From the IMG/VR virus record IMGVR_UViG_3300047322_000556, positions 25,362-89,361 of that record: 64,000 nt of DNA. The stretch is one strand, 5' to 3'. Below the pieces are notes generated by a model. That model had not been told where the DNA came from. It ran no database searches and saw only the letters and a list, made by a program, of their open reading frames with translations. The translations under genes and the position numbers were made by a program. Numbering within the stretch: the first letter of the stretch is position 1; each line of letters starts with the position of its first letter. Of this stretch, positions 26,443 through 35,997 are shown in pieces. The DNA comes from a virus.

Positions 26443-26518
26443 CGTAAGCCGGAATGGTCTGGTGCGGCGATGATACTACCCCACAGATAAAAAAGTTCGC
26501 TTATCTGTGGGGATTCGC

Positions 26519-27049
26519 TCAGCCTTCGATGGCTTTGTGAAGCTCCGTTCGCTCGATGCCGCGCATCATGCGCCGGATGGCGGCGAGTTCCGCCTCGCTG
26601 CGCTGCTTGGCAGGCTTGGCGTCGTCGTCCTCGCGCGCGGGGCCGGTTATGTCGTTCTTGTGGATGAAGGCGACGAAGAGATGATCCATCTGCTGCGCGA
26701 GCTCGCGCCGATAGACGGCATATCGCATCTCGACTTCAAGATGCTGCGCCTTCGTCATCTCGACGTCGAAGCCGCGCTTGCCTCGCGTATGCCATACGGT
26801 GAGGTTTCCGGTCTGGAGCACGCTGAATAGGATCTGATTGAGCAGGCGGTGCTCGACGTCGGTCTTGTACGTGAATTTGAAGCGCTGCGTCGCGCTCGCG
26901 GCGTCGTCCAAGTCGGCGATCGTCATGCCGTGTTTGGCGAGCTGCTTCTCGAGGAAGCGCTGCGCGTTCTCGCGCTCGCCGTGCTCGCCGCGTTTCGCCA
27001 GCTCGTACAGCTTCATCAGGCGGGCGTGGATCTTGTCGTTGTCGGTCAT
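26519..27049 (-). CDS. DUF2786-like protein
   Basis: KIHARLMKLYELAKRGEHGERENAQRFLEKQLAKHG N-terminal motif. Confidence 0.75.
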   Translation of the reverse strand: MTDNDKIHARLMKLYELAKRGEHGERENAQRFLEKQLAKHGMTIADLDDAASATQRFKFTYKTDVEHRLLNQILFSVLQTGNLTVWHTRGKRGFDVEMTKAQHLEVEMRYAVYRRELAQQMDHLFVAFIHKNDITGPAREDDDAKPAKQRSEAELAAIRRMMRGIERTELHKAIEG

Positions 27050-27051
27050 GG

Positions 27052-27354
27052 TCAGGCTGCGTATGCGGTGGTGGTCTTGCGCTTCTTGTCGGGCTCGCCA
27101 AGCGCTTGTCGGGCTTGGTCAAGTGCTGCGGTCCATTCGGCGCGCGGGGCGCGCTCAGCGGCGATCAGGCGCATCAGCGCGGCGCGCAGCTTGTCGTGCT
27201 CATTCCAGCGGCGCGCGAGCTCGGCGGCGTCGGCGGCGTCTGTCGCCGCGCGCATGTGGCCGCACAGGATATGCGTGCCGACGATCGCGAAGGAAATGCC
27301 GAGCTCGGGCTTCCAGCGCGCGCGCGGCATGGCGGTGAGGGTGGCTTTGGTCAT
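27052..27354 (-). CDS. hypothetical protein
   Basis: MTKATLTAMP..., GGGGA RBS. Confidence 0.6.
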   Translation of the reverse strand: MTKATLTAMPRARWKPELGISFAIVGTHILCGHMRAATDAADAAELARRWNEHDKLRAALMRLIAAERAPRAEWTAALDQARQALGEPDKKRKTTTAYAA

Positions 27355-27448
27355 GGGTTCCCCGTTGAGATGCGCGGCGCGTGCCGGGCGATTTGTGGTG
27401 AAGCGTATTATGTATCTTGCAGGTTGATTCATCCGCTAGATATGCGAA

Positions 27449-27664
27449 TTAAATGCCAGCGAGCTTCTTGCGGAAGAGCGTCTCGGCGTCCATGTGCGCG
27501 CGGTGCAGCGCGTCGCAAATGATCCGGACTTCGGCTTGCGCCGCCGGTAGCGTCGTCGCGCCCATGATGGCGCGCTCAAGCTGCTTGATCGTCGCGCGTT
27601 GCAGCTTGCGCATGCTCTCGCAGTGCTGAAGCGTAAGAGCGGCTCGGGTGGTCGCTTTAGACAT
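27449..27664 (-). CDS. hypothetical protein
   Basis: MSKATTRAAL..., GGGAG RBS. Confidence 0.6.
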   Translation of the reverse strand: MSKATTRAALTLQHCESMRKLQRATIKQLERAIMGATTLPAAQAEVRIICDALHRAHMDAETLFRKKLAGI

Positions 27665-27699
27665 GGTGGGGCTCCCTGTTCTTGTTGTGGATCGGCGGG

Positions 27700-27900
27700 C
27701 TATCGGTCGGCGCGGTAGATGCGGCAATGTGCGTTGAGTGTGGCGCTTCCGATGTGGATTGCGCCGTCGCGCCGCGTGACGGTCACGCGCAGCTCGGGCT
27801 TCGCGCGCCGGTTGCCGCGAATGATCTTTGCTGCGATGTGGCGATCCATCGGCATCGCGGCACCGTCGCGCCACTGAAACATGATTGCGGGCTTGGTCAT
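27700..27900 (-). CDS. hypothetical protein
   Basis: MTKPAIMFQW..., GAGGA RBS. Confidence 0.6.
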   Translation of the reverse strand: MTKPAIMFQWRDGAAMPMDRHIAAKIIRGNRRAKPELRVTVTRRDGAIHIGSATLNAHCRIYRADR

Positions 27901-27913
27901 ATCGGCGTCCTCG

Positions 27914-28312
27914 TTAGTGGCTGCGAAACGCTGCGCGCTCGCTGAAACGGTTGAAGCGATCCACAAAGCGCCGGGCGCGGCGAAGGTTCGCGTAGTGGCG
28001 AACGGGCGGCCGGTCGTCCAGCTCCACGCTCACGATGTAGCCGCGCTTGTGGTTGTGGCCTTCGATGTAGAGGCGCTTGGGCTCGACGTGGACTTGCACG
28101 GTGTCGGCAATGCGTGCGGTCGTGCTGAAGCGGCGGCATACGCTCACGCCGACGACGGCGGGCTCGCCGATGATCGTCTTGAGCTTGACGGCCTCGAAAA
28201 CCGTCGTGTTGCCGAGCAGGCGGAACTTGTCGCCGATCGCGAGCTTGTCGTTGAGGATCAGCGGGGGCAGCGCGCGCCCGGTGCGGGCGTCAGTGCGGGG
28301 GATGGTCTGCAT
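27914..28312 (-). CDS. hypothetical protein
   Basis: 132 aa, AAGGAG RBS. Confidence 0.65.
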   Translation of the reverse strand: MQTIPRTDARTGRALPPLILNDKLAIGDKFRLLGNTTVFEAVKLKTIIGEPAVVGVSVCRRFSTTARIADTVQVHVEPKRLYIEGHNHKRGYIVSVELDDRPPVRHYANLRRARRFVDRFNRFSERAAFRSH

Positions 28313-28322
28313 GGCTGGCTCC

Positions 28323-28481
28323 TTACTTCGGTTTGCGGGCGCTGACGACGAACGTCTCTTCGGGCTCGTCGCGGCGAAAGATGGCGAGCCATTGCTCGGC
28401 CGTCTCGGGCGTGACGTCGCGCGCGATGCGCCACAGGCCGCTCGTGCGGCTCTTGCGCCAAAGGTGAAGAGGTTTCGTCAT
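28323..28481 (-). CDS. small hypothetical protein (52 aa)
   Basis: MTKPLHLWRKSRTSGLW..., GGAG RBS; not in the ORF track. Confidence 0.6.
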   Translation of the reverse strand: MTKPLHLWRKSRTSGLWRIARDVTPETAEQWLAIFRRDEPEETFVVSARKPK

Positions 28482-28494
28482 GGTGGGCTCCGGG

Positions 28495-28791
28495 TTAGGC
28501 GGCGGCGCTCATGGCCGCTTCGATCTTGTGGGCTGCCTTCGCGGCTCCATCGAGAGTCGCGAACGCGCTGCGATAGGTGCGCATGCCGGTATGGCGGCTG
28601 TAGACGACGAAGGGACGCTCGCGCACGTTGCGATAATCGGCGGTGTACTTCTCATACGAGATGACGACCGTCGCGTCATTGGCGGTGATGCCGGTGCGGT
28701 TGATGGCGATGCCGAGCGCCTTCGCGCGTTCGTCTTGCTGCTGGCGAGCGTCGTCGGTCTTTGCTGCGCGCGGGTGGAAGTAGATCGTCAT
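28495..28791 (-). CDS. hypothetical protein
   Basis: 98 aa, GGAG RBS. Confidence 0.65.
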   Translation of the reverse strand: MTIYFHPRAAKTDDARQQQDERAKALGIAINRTGITANDATVVISYEKYTADYRNVRERPFVVYSRHTGMRTYRSAFATLDGAAKAAHKIEAAMSAAA

Positions 28792-28842
28792 GTTCGGCTC
28801 CGGTGTCTGGTACCGACAAAGCCCGCTTGCGCGGGCTACTGC

Positions 28843-29067
28843 TTACTGGAGCGTCTCGATCACGGTGTCGAGACGGTTGAATCGATCGCCGCCGGGGTGC
28901 GTCAGGCGCACGCGCTCGCCGTCCTCGTGGTTGTGGTGAATCAGGGTGAACGCGACCGAGTAGGCGGTGAGCTCGCTCGCGTCTCGCACGATGGCTCGGC
29001 CCGCCTCGGTGACGGTGTATGTGCCGCGCGTTGCGTTCTCTTTGATCTCGATTCGGGTCGATGCCAT
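28843..29067 (-). CDS. hypothetical protein
   Basis: 74 aa, GGAG RBS, first gene after the promoter at 29108. Confidence 0.65.
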   Translation of the reverse strand: MASTRIEIKENATRGTYTVTEAGRAIVRDASELTAYSVAFTLIHHNHEDGERVRLTHPGGDRFNRLDTVIETLQ

Positions 29068-29107
29068 GTTTTTGCTCCGGTTTGTTAGTGGTTGCGTCGA
29101 TGTAGTG

Positions 29108-29172
29108 ATATTAGGCGACTAACCAGACGAACGCAAGGGGTTAGAGCAACTTTATTTTACCCCATAGGTATA
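29108..29172 (-). promoter_or_regulatory. early sigma70 promoter with two operator types
   Basis: TTGCGT-17 nt-TAATAT; TTAGGCGACTAA at 29111-29122 (flipped relative to the other copies); TTTACC-N5-GGTATA at 29156-29172. Confidence 0.8.
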
Positions 29173-29208
29173 ACTATTGACCCGGCGGAAAGTCGTGATA
29201 CGGGCTCG

Positions 29209-29224
29209 GTCGTGACTCGAAAAT
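29209..29224 (+). promoter_or_regulatory. late promoter motif (leaderless spacing)
   Basis: GTCGTGACTCGAAAAT; in-frame ATG at 29232. Confidence 0.72.
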
Positions 29225-29231
29225 GGACGTC

Positions 29232-32200
29232 ATGACCTATCAAACCGATTCCGCCTATCAGCTCCGCGACGGTGCGCTCGCGTTCTCGTTCGCTGTGTCA
29301 TTAACCAATCAGTTAAAAAGCTCAGACGTCGCGCGCGTGCTGGCGAATGCCGATGCGTGCGGGTGGCTCCATAAGAGTGAGCCGGGTGCCTTCTGTGCGC
29401 GGTTGGTGGTGGCGGCGGGGGATGAGGCCGTCGAGCTCATGCCGGTGCCCACGGTGGGAGAGATTGCCCATAGGCGGGTGAATCACTTCGAGCCGGTGCG
29501 AATGCTCGCGAAGGCTGAGGCGGGCGAATTGCCAGCGCTCACGCCGTATAAGGGAAGCGATGCGGACACGCCGCACATTGGCATTCCCTTCGATTGGTCA
29601 GTCCTCGCGCCGAAATATCCGGATATGGCCGTACAGCCGCGTCAAGCCGTCGAGCCGCGCTTCGTGGTGGATGACGCCGGGCGGATTCGGCTAGGGTCAA
29701 ATTTGACGCCTGAGGCCGAAGAGGGCCATTCCCACAGGGGGGAGATACTCCAGAAGGCAGAGGGGGGCACAGAGGCGATTCCGGCGGGGGCTCGCTGGAT
29801 CACAGTCCATCCAAACGGCGAAGGCTCCAAGGGTGTGCCGGTGCTCGTGCAGGAGACTCACCACGGCTCGGGGGTGATGCACGTTATCGGTGGTGCGGGT
29901 GGGAAGCTCAACTACCTGAAGCTCAAGGGCGTCAAGTCCGAAAGCGAATATCGACAAGAAAGCGCTGAACGACAAGCCGCCAATAGGGAGGCGCGACAAG
30001 CTCAGGTCAAGCAGGACAAGCTCAACGGCACGCACGACGCCAAGCAGCTTGCTCGCCAGTCGATAAAGGATCAGAAGCGCCAAGCGGAAAACGACTTCAT
30101 CTCGACTGTTGCTGAAGCAATGGGATGGGACGCGGGCGCGCTGTCACTGCCTGCTGCTCAGTTGCAAGGCTTGTCCGACAAGGCGGTAAAAAAGGCGTCG
30201 GAGGCTTATCACGCCGAGCTTCTGGCGAAAGCGAAGGCCGCTGTCGGTCTCCAGAGACAAGCGCTGTTGGCTGATCCAGAGCAAATCGACAAGGCATTCG
30301 GGCCGGACGTGCCGCTTGTCAGTGACGACGCGGCGGTCTTGTCGGTGGCTGATCTTGATCCAGTCAAACCGGTGAACGAGAACGGGCTCGCGCCGGATTT
30401 CAAGGTGCGCGCGGAAAAAGCCGGGCTGACCGATGAGGCGCTCGCTGACGAGGTCAAGGAGATTCAGGGCAAGGACGACGTACAGGCGGCCGCCGAACAG
30501 AGCGCGCAGGATTCCAAGCAGCTCCAAGCCGAGAAAATCGACGCGGAGATTGCAGCCGCGCAGCTCCAGAAGCCCGATCTGAAGCCGCAAGTCGTCCAGG
30601 CGAAACAGGCGGCGGCGCTGCTGGTCGCGCAGAAGAAGTACCAGGCGGTCGTCGCGGCCGCGCGCAAGGCATCGCGTGACGTGGATCAGGCGCGCGACGT
30701 CGAGCCGCAGGCGTATGTGCTCGAAGTGCATCCGGCGACGGCTCAGCAGGCGCAAGACGCGCTCAAGGATGAGCTCGCGACGCTGTCCACGCGCTCATTC
30801 CTCGCGGAAGTGAGCAAATCGACCGAAGAGACGCTCGGCACGCACGCGGCGGCGGGTGCCTTCAATTCGCTCAATGCGCTGTCTCAGGCGGCCGCAGGCG
30901 CGTCGCTCGTGGATCGCTCGGTCGTGGACGTGCTCGGCATGGCCGGGGCCGCTCAGGTGCTCGCGCGTCGCTTGCGGGCGGATCTCGGCGACGATCGCGC
31001 CGATGAGATGGCGGAACAGTTCGCCGATTTCCACAAGCAGCGCTATATGACGGTCGCGGGCGCGGCGCTCGATCAGGTCAAGCAGCTTCACGAAGAGGCC
31101 GCCAAGCTCGAAATGCAGGCCGCTGACGGGCCGGACGACGTCGTGACGAAGGTCGGCATCAACAAGCGGCGCACAGAGGCGCTCGCGGCCGCCGACAAGG
31201 TGCTCGGCATGTCGCTCGGCGAGATGGAAGCCAATGCCGCGCTCGTGGCGGCGATGAAAGAGCGCCAGCGCAACACGCTTACGGTGTCGCTCGGTCGCGC
31301 GCCGCTGGAGTCGGCCGTGCGTCAGGTGCGCGCGCTCGGCATGGTGCCGGGCGACTACAAGCTCGAAAGAACCGGCGTGAACGTGTTCCTGTCGCTCAAT
31401 GCGTCGGGGCTCGACAAGCTCGCGCGCAACGTGGATCAGGAAGGCATCGCGCGGGTGAGGCGCAATCTCGACATCATGGAAGGCAAGCACGACGAGGCGA
31501 ATTGGTTGCCGCAGGGCTTCGCCGATCGCGCCGATCTGGCGCTCAAGTCCGAGCCGGGCGTCGCGCAACGGCTCGCGCAGCCGTTTGACGGGCACGCGAA
31601 CGATCTGCAGGCGGCGCTGCGTGACTACATCGGCGGCCGATACGCGGACGGTGACGCGCCCGCCGATATCCTGTCGGACGTCCAATCGGCCGCGTTTTAC
31701 GACAAGGTCGGGGCCGCGCGCAGCGAAGAGTATCGCGCCGCGCTCGATGCGGTCGCGCCGAACAAGCTCGAAGGCAAGCAGCTCCAGCGCGCCGAGCAGC
31801 TCGCACCGCTCTTCGATGGCTACGCTGACGCGTTCGTCGCGTCGCATTGGGGCGGGCAGCGCTCCACGTTGAACGCTCAGACGTTCGACGCCAGCGACAA
31901 GGCGCAAGATGCGGCGCACAGGGCGCTCGCGGCGATTCCTGAAGGTGTTGTCGCCTACAAGGCGATCGGCAGCCTCACGCGCGCGGATCGGGCCGCGCTG
32001 CGCTCATGGTTTCACAAGAACATCGCGCACGATTCGCCGGAACGCGCCGCGATGCTCGCGCAGTACGACAAGCTCATGCAGGACGAGCCCGAAAAGACGG
32101 TCGCGGATATGTTCGGCGAAGAGTCGGAAAATCCGAGCTGGTCGGCGTGGACGTCGGCGCGCGACGAGCTCGCGGGCAACATCAAGGCCGCCGGGCTGAC

Positions 32201-34280
32201 GTGGGACGACTACGCCAAGCAGCTTCGCAGTCAACCGAAGGCGTATGAGGCGGTGCAAGACTTGATCCGCTCGCGCGTGACGGACGAATTCGCGAAGGCA
32301 TACAACACGCTGCACGCCGACGCGCCGCTCAAGGTCGGCCGCACGGTCATCCGCAACAATCTGAACCATCTTGACGCGGTCGATCCAGCGGCGCGCGAAG
32401 AGCGCATCGCGAAGGAAAAGTCGCTCATGGCCGGGCTCCAGAAGGGCGCAGACGGCAAATTCCAGTCGGGCAGCGTGAAGGACAAGCTCGACGCGGTGAA
32501 GGAACAGAAGGCCGCGTTCGAACAGGCGCAGATGGGCTTTTTCAGCTCCGACGACGAGCCGGAAGCGCACGAGGACAAGCCGCTCGCGGCCGATGAGCGG
32601 CGCACGATCGGGCACGCAGCCGAGAACAAGCTCGCGAGCGTCATTCAGGCGATCGGCGGCGGCTTCAAGCCGGGGCAGCCGGTGAAGCTCTTCCACGCGT
32701 CGATGAGCGGGCCGGAAGGCGCCAAGCGGCAGCGCGCTATCAAGATGGTCGGCGCGAACAAGCGCGTCGCGCTCGGCTTCGGTGTCGGCTCGGGCAAGAC
32801 GGGCATCGGGCTCGGTGCGTTCGCGCAGCTCCACGGCGAAGGCAAGGTCAAGAAGGGGCTATTCGCGGTCCCGTCGATCGTTCAGGGTCAATTCGGCGCT
32901 GAAGCGCTGCGCTTTCTGAAGGCGGGCGCGTTCAAGTGGCATTGCGAGCCCGGCGGGTCGCGCGAAAGCCGCATGGCCGCCTACAAGGACGCGGGCAATC
33001 ACTTCACGGTCGTCACGCATCAGGCGCTTCGCGATGACGTGCTGCACATGGCCGCCGAGCATGACGGCATCACGCCGGAAGCGGCCGCCGAGAAAATGCG
33101 CGGCATGGATCGCGCCGAGCGGGCCGCCTACGTGCGCGGCGCGCTCGCAAAGCACGGCATCGACTTCGACTTCATCATGGCCGATGAGGCGCACGGTCTG
33201 CTCGATCGCGAGGGGAAAGAGGATTCGACGCTGTCGCACACGGTCGCGGCGCTGACCGATAAGCACGGCGACGCCGAGCCGTATTACGTCCACGCGACGG
33301 GCGATCCAGTCAAGAATGACGCGTCCGAGATTTTCAGCCTGCTTCAGAAGATGGACCCGGCGCGCTACAACGATCGCGGCGCCTTCATGCGCATGTATGG
33401 CGGCGATACGATCGCGGCGAAGGACGGGCTCAAGCGCGAGATGGCGCGGCATCTCTACACGGCAAGCATCAAGCCGGACGTGCCGGTCACGCGCAGCGAG
33501 GCGCACACGGACCTATCCGACGCGCAGCACGCCGCGCTCAAGACGCTCGACTCGAATCTCGGCAAGGTGAAAATCAGCCGCCTCATGGGCGATCTGGACG
33601 TCGGCGCGGTCAAGGCGCTCGCGCCGCACATGTTCGACGGCGTGCCGGACGATCAGCACGAGGCGATCGCGCGCGAGCTCGGCAAGTCCGCCGGTCTGCT
33701 GCGCAATGCCGCCGAGCGATCCATCATCTACGATCATCCGCAAGCCGCCGGTCTGGATCGCGTCGCGCAAGAGGCGGCGAAGCGTAAGGGCAAGCCGGGC
33801 GTCGTGTTCGCCACGTCGCGCCGCGCCGTCGAGAATCTGCGCAAGCGGCTCGAAGCGGAAGGGCATCGCGTGGTGACGATTACGGGCTCGGATTCGAGCG
33901 CGGACAAGGCCGCCAAGATTCAGGCGTTCAATCCGGATAGCGGCGAGCGCAAGGCCGATATCGTGGTCTGTTCGGACGCGGCCGCCACTGGCGCGAATCT
34001 CCAGTCGGGTAACTGGCTCGTTAATTACGACACGCCCGACACGGCGATGGTGCACGCGCAGCGGCAGGGACGGATTAACCGAATCGGACAGAAGAACGCG
34101 ATCGAGCTGATCGACCATGTGCCGCGCCATGCGTCGGTGTCGAAGGCGCGCGAGCGGCTGGCGAAGAAATACGTCTTGCGCGAGCTCATGACGTCGCCGC
34201 TCGAAGGCATGGACGATACCGGGCTCGCGTCGTTCCTGCACGCGAAGAAGGTAGACGAAGAGCAAGCGTCGCTCTTCTGA
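29232..34280 (+). CDS. large SNF2/SF2 helicase-domain protein (DarB-like, probable virion cargo)
   Basis: GFGVGSGKT, VPS, IMADEAH, ATGDPVKND, SDAAATGANLQ, QRQGRINRIGQ; long helical N-terminal region with RWITVHPNG module; ORF-track start is 29223. Confidence 0.85.
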   Translation: MTYQTDSAYQLRDGALAFSFAVSLTNQLKSSDVARVLANADACGWLHKSEPGAFCARLVVAAGDEAVELMPVPTVGEIAHRRVNHFEPVRMLAKAEAGELPALTPYKGSDADTPHIGIPFDWSVLAPKYPDMAVQPRQAVEPRFVVDDAGRIRLGSNLTPEAEEGHSHRGEILQKAEGGTEAIPAGARWITVHPNGEGSKGVPVLVQETHHGSGVMHVIGGAGGKLNYLKLKGVKSESEYRQESAERQAANREARQAQVKQDKLNGTHDAKQLARQSIKDQKRQAENDFISTVAEAMGWDAGALSLPAAQLQGLSDKAVKKASEAYHAELLAKAKAAVGLQRQALLADPEQIDKAFGPDVPLVSDDAAVLSVADLDPVKPVNENGLAPDFKVRAEKAGLTDEALADEVKEIQGKDDVQAAAEQSAQDSKQLQAEKIDAEIAAAQLQKPDLKPQVVQAKQAAALLVAQKKYQAVVAAARKASRDVDQARDVEPQAYVLEVHPATAQQAQDALKDELATLSTRSFLAEVSKSTEETLGTHAAAGAFNSLNALSQAAAGASLVDRSVVDVLGMAGAAQVLARRLRADLGDDRADEMAEQFADFHKQRYMTVAGAALDQVKQLHEEAAKLEMQAADGPDDVVTKVGINKRRTEALAAADKVLGMSLGEMEANAALVAAMKERQRNTLTVSLGRAPLESAVRQVRALGMVPGDYKLERTGVNVFLSLNASGLDKLARNVDQEGIARVRRNLDIMEGKHDEANWLPQGFADRADLALKSEPGVAQRLAQPFDGHANDLQAALRDYIGGRYADGDAPADILSDVQSAAFYDKVGAARSEEYRAALDAVAPNKLEGKQLQRAEQLAPLFDGYADAFVASHWGGQRSTLNAQTFDASDKAQDAAHRALAAIPEGVVAYKAIGSLTRADRAALRSWFHKNIAHDSPERAAMLAQYDKLMQDEPEKTVADMFGEESENPSWSAWTSARDELAGNIKAAGLTWDDYAKQLRSQPKAYEAVQDLIRSRVTDEFAKAYNTLHADAPLKVGRTVIRNNLNHLDAVDPAAREERIAKEKSLMAGLQKGADGKFQSGSVKDKLDAVKEQKAAFEQAQMGFFSSDDEPEAHEDKPLAADERRTIGHAAENKLASVIQAIGGGFKPGQPVKLFHASMSGPEGAKRQRAIKMVGANKRVALGFGVGSGKTGIGLGAFAQLHGEGKVKKGLFAVPSIVQGQFGAEALRFLKAGAFKWHCEPGGSRESRMAAYKDAGNHFTVVTHQALRDDVLHMAAEHDGITPEAAAEKMRGMDRAERAAYVRGALAKHGIDFDFIMADEAHGLLDREGKEDSTLSHTVAALTDKHGDAEPYYVHATGDPVKNDASEIFSLLQKMDPARYNDRGAFMRMYGGDTIAAKDGLKREMARHLYTASIKPDVPVTRSEAHTDLSDAQHAALKTLDSNLGKVKISRLMGDLDVGAVKALAPHMFDGVPDDQHEAIARELGKSAGLLRNAAERSIIYDHPQAAGLDRVAQEAAKRKGKPGVVFATSRRAVENLRKRLEAEGHRVVTITGSDSSADKAAKIQAFNPDSGERKADIVVCSDAAATGANLQSGNWLVNYDTPDTAMVHAQRQGRINRIGQKNAIELIDHVPRHASVSKARERLAKKYVLRELMTSPLEGMDDTGLASFLHAKKVDEEQASLF

Positions 34281-34285
34281 TTCAC

Positions 34286-34315
34286 TTTACCGGCACTTTA
34301 CCTATCAGGTAAAAT
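34286..34315 (+). promoter_or_regulatory. promoter with overlapping 17-bp operator
   Basis: TTTACC-18 nt-TAAAAT; TTTACC-TATCA-GGTAAA at 34297-34313. Confidence 0.65.
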
Positions 34316-34322
34316 GCCGGGC

Positions 34323-35453
34323 ATGAAAGCTATCACATTCGGCTCGGTGTGCAGCGGCATCGAAGCCGCTTCTGTGGCGTGGCATCCGATCGGCTGGCGG
34401 GCATCGTGGCTCAGTGAGATTGAGCCGTTTCCGAGCGCGGTGCTCGCGCACCATTACCCGAACGTGCCGAACCTTGGCGATATGACCAAGATCGCGGCGC
34501 GCGTCGCATCAGGCGAGCTCCACGCGCCCGATGTGCTAGTCGGTGGCACGCCATGCCAAGCATTCAGCGTCGCCGGTCTGCGCAAGGGTCTATCCGACGC
34601 GCGCGGTCAACTCACCCTGTCTTACGTCCATCTCGCCAATGCCATTGATTCAGCTCGATCTGTTCGCGGAGAGCAGCCCGCCGTCCTCGTATGGGAAAAC
34701 GTGCCCGGCGTCCTCAATAGCGCCGACAATGCCTTCGGGTGCTTTTTGGGAGCGCTTGCCGGGGAAGATTGCGAGCTCGTCCCGTCAGGGCGCAAATGGT
34801 CGAACGCTGGTTGTGTGTATGGACCCGAAAGAACAGTCGCGTGGCGAATCATCGACGCCCAATATTCAGGAGTGGCCCAACGACGCCGCCGTGTGTTCGT
34901 TGTCGCAAGTGCTCGAAAAGGATTCGATCCATCCACGGTACTTTTTGAGTTCGACGGTGTGCGCCGGGATACTGCGCCGCGCCGAGACGCGCGGCAAGGC
35001 GCTGCCGGAACCGCTGCGAATGGCGCTGGAGCGGGGGACTCAGTAGTTTGCGTATTCGATCCGAACCAAGTAACGAACGTCCACAACCGCAGCAAGCCGA
35101 CGCCTGAGCTTGCACACACTTTGCCCGCTTCCGTCAAGCCTCCGGTCGCATACTCGGTCGCGCTGCGCGGGCGAGAAGGCGGCGCTACTGCCGAGCTTGG
35201 CGGCGACATAGCCGGGTGCCTTCGAGCGTCAACCGGCGGCGGCGACAAGCCGCATGTGCTGTCGAGCATGGCCGTGCGCCGCCTCACGCCGATCGAATGC
35301 GAGCGGCTGCAGGGCTTCCCGGATGGCTATACGGCGATTCTGGTGAGGGGCAAGCCCGCTGCCGATGGTCCGCGCTACAAGGCGCTCGGCAATAGCATGG
35401 CGGTGCCGGTTATGGCGTGGATCGGTCGGCGGATATATGCCGCATTGACTTGA
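34323..35453 (+). CDS. dcm: DNA (cytosine-5)-methyltransferase
   Basis: SVCSGIEA (motif I), GGTPCQAFS (IV), WENVPG (VI), QRRRRVF (VIII), RRLTPIECERLQGFP, YKALGNSMAVPV (X). Confidence 0.95.
   Translation: MKAITFGSVCSGIEAASVAWHPIGWRASWLSEIEPFPSAVLAHHYPNVPNLGDMTKIAARVASGELHAPDVLVGGTPCQAFSVAGLRKGLSDARGQLTLSYVHLANAIDSARSVRGEQPAVLVWENVPGVLNSADNAFGCFLGALAGEDCELVPSGRKWSNAGCVYGPERTVAWRIIDAQYSGVAQRRRRVFVVASARKGFDPSTVLFEFDGVRRDTAPRRDARQGAAGTAANGAGAGDSVVCVFDPNQVTNVHNRSKPTPELAHTLPASVKPPVAYSVALRGREGGATAELGGDIAGCLRASTGGGDKPHVLSSMAVRRLTPIECERLQGFPDGYTAILVRGKPAADGPRYKALGNSMAVPVMAWIGRRIYAALT
34639..35046 (+). CDS. nested +1-frame ORF within dcm (EcoHK31I beta-polypeptide-like)
   Basis: MPLIQLDLF...CSLSQVLE..YFLS..CAGILRRAETRGKALPEPLRMAL. 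Confidence 0.6.
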   Translation: MPLIQLDLFAESSPPSSYGKTCPASSIAPTMPSGAFWERLPGKIASSSRQGANGRTLVVCMDPKEQSRGESSTPNIQEWPNDAAVCSLSQVLEKDSIHPRYFLSSTVCAGILRRAETRGKALPEPLRMALERGTQ

Positions 35454-35529
35454 CAAACCGGGCCGCCTCAGTGCGGCCCGTTCGCTATTCGCGAATCACG
35501 AATTGTCGTCTCAGAGCGGCAAGACGTTG

Positions 35530-35997
35530 TCAAGCGTCGGGCACAGTATCGCCGAATTTAGACGCGACGAACGCGCGCATGGCGGCGATGAGAAGCGTCG
35601 GTCCTACCTGAACGTGATTCATCTCGGGATTGCCGCCTTCGGGGCCGTCGTCGCAATACCACGCCTCCCACGGCTGATCCTCCCATGAGGAAAGCCCTTT
35701 GTGCACGCCTACGTGCGCATTGCGCCCGCGATCGCGCCAGCCGATTGCAGCGCGCTCGATGATTGGGCCGCCGTCGCTCCATGTAGTCGAAGGCGAAAAC
35801 ACGCCGTACAGGTCCGGTCCCCAACGAATCAGCTTGCGCGGCTCGCTGCCGGGTTCGTCGCCGATCCATTTGTCGTCGGTGAGCCATGCCGTGTTTTCGC
35901 GCGCCTTCGCGAATTCGGCCGCTGGCACAATAGTCGCACCGTCTGCCTTCGCGACCCATAGATCCAGCATGACGCCGGTAAGCTCAGAGACTTTCAT
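35530..35997 (-). CDS. DUF2591/NinX-like protein
   Basis: MKVSELTGVMLDLWVAKA, FSPSTTWSDGGPIIE, GPTLLIAAMRAFVASKFG. Confidence 0.8.
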   Translation of the reverse strand: MKVSELTGVMLDLWVAKADGATIVPAAEFAKARENTAWLTDDKWIGDEPGSEPRKLIRWGPDLYGVFSPSTTWSDGGPIIERAAIGWRDRGRNAHVGVHKGLSSWEDQPWEAWYCDDGPEGGNPEMNHVQVGPTLLIAAMRAFVASKFGDTVPDA

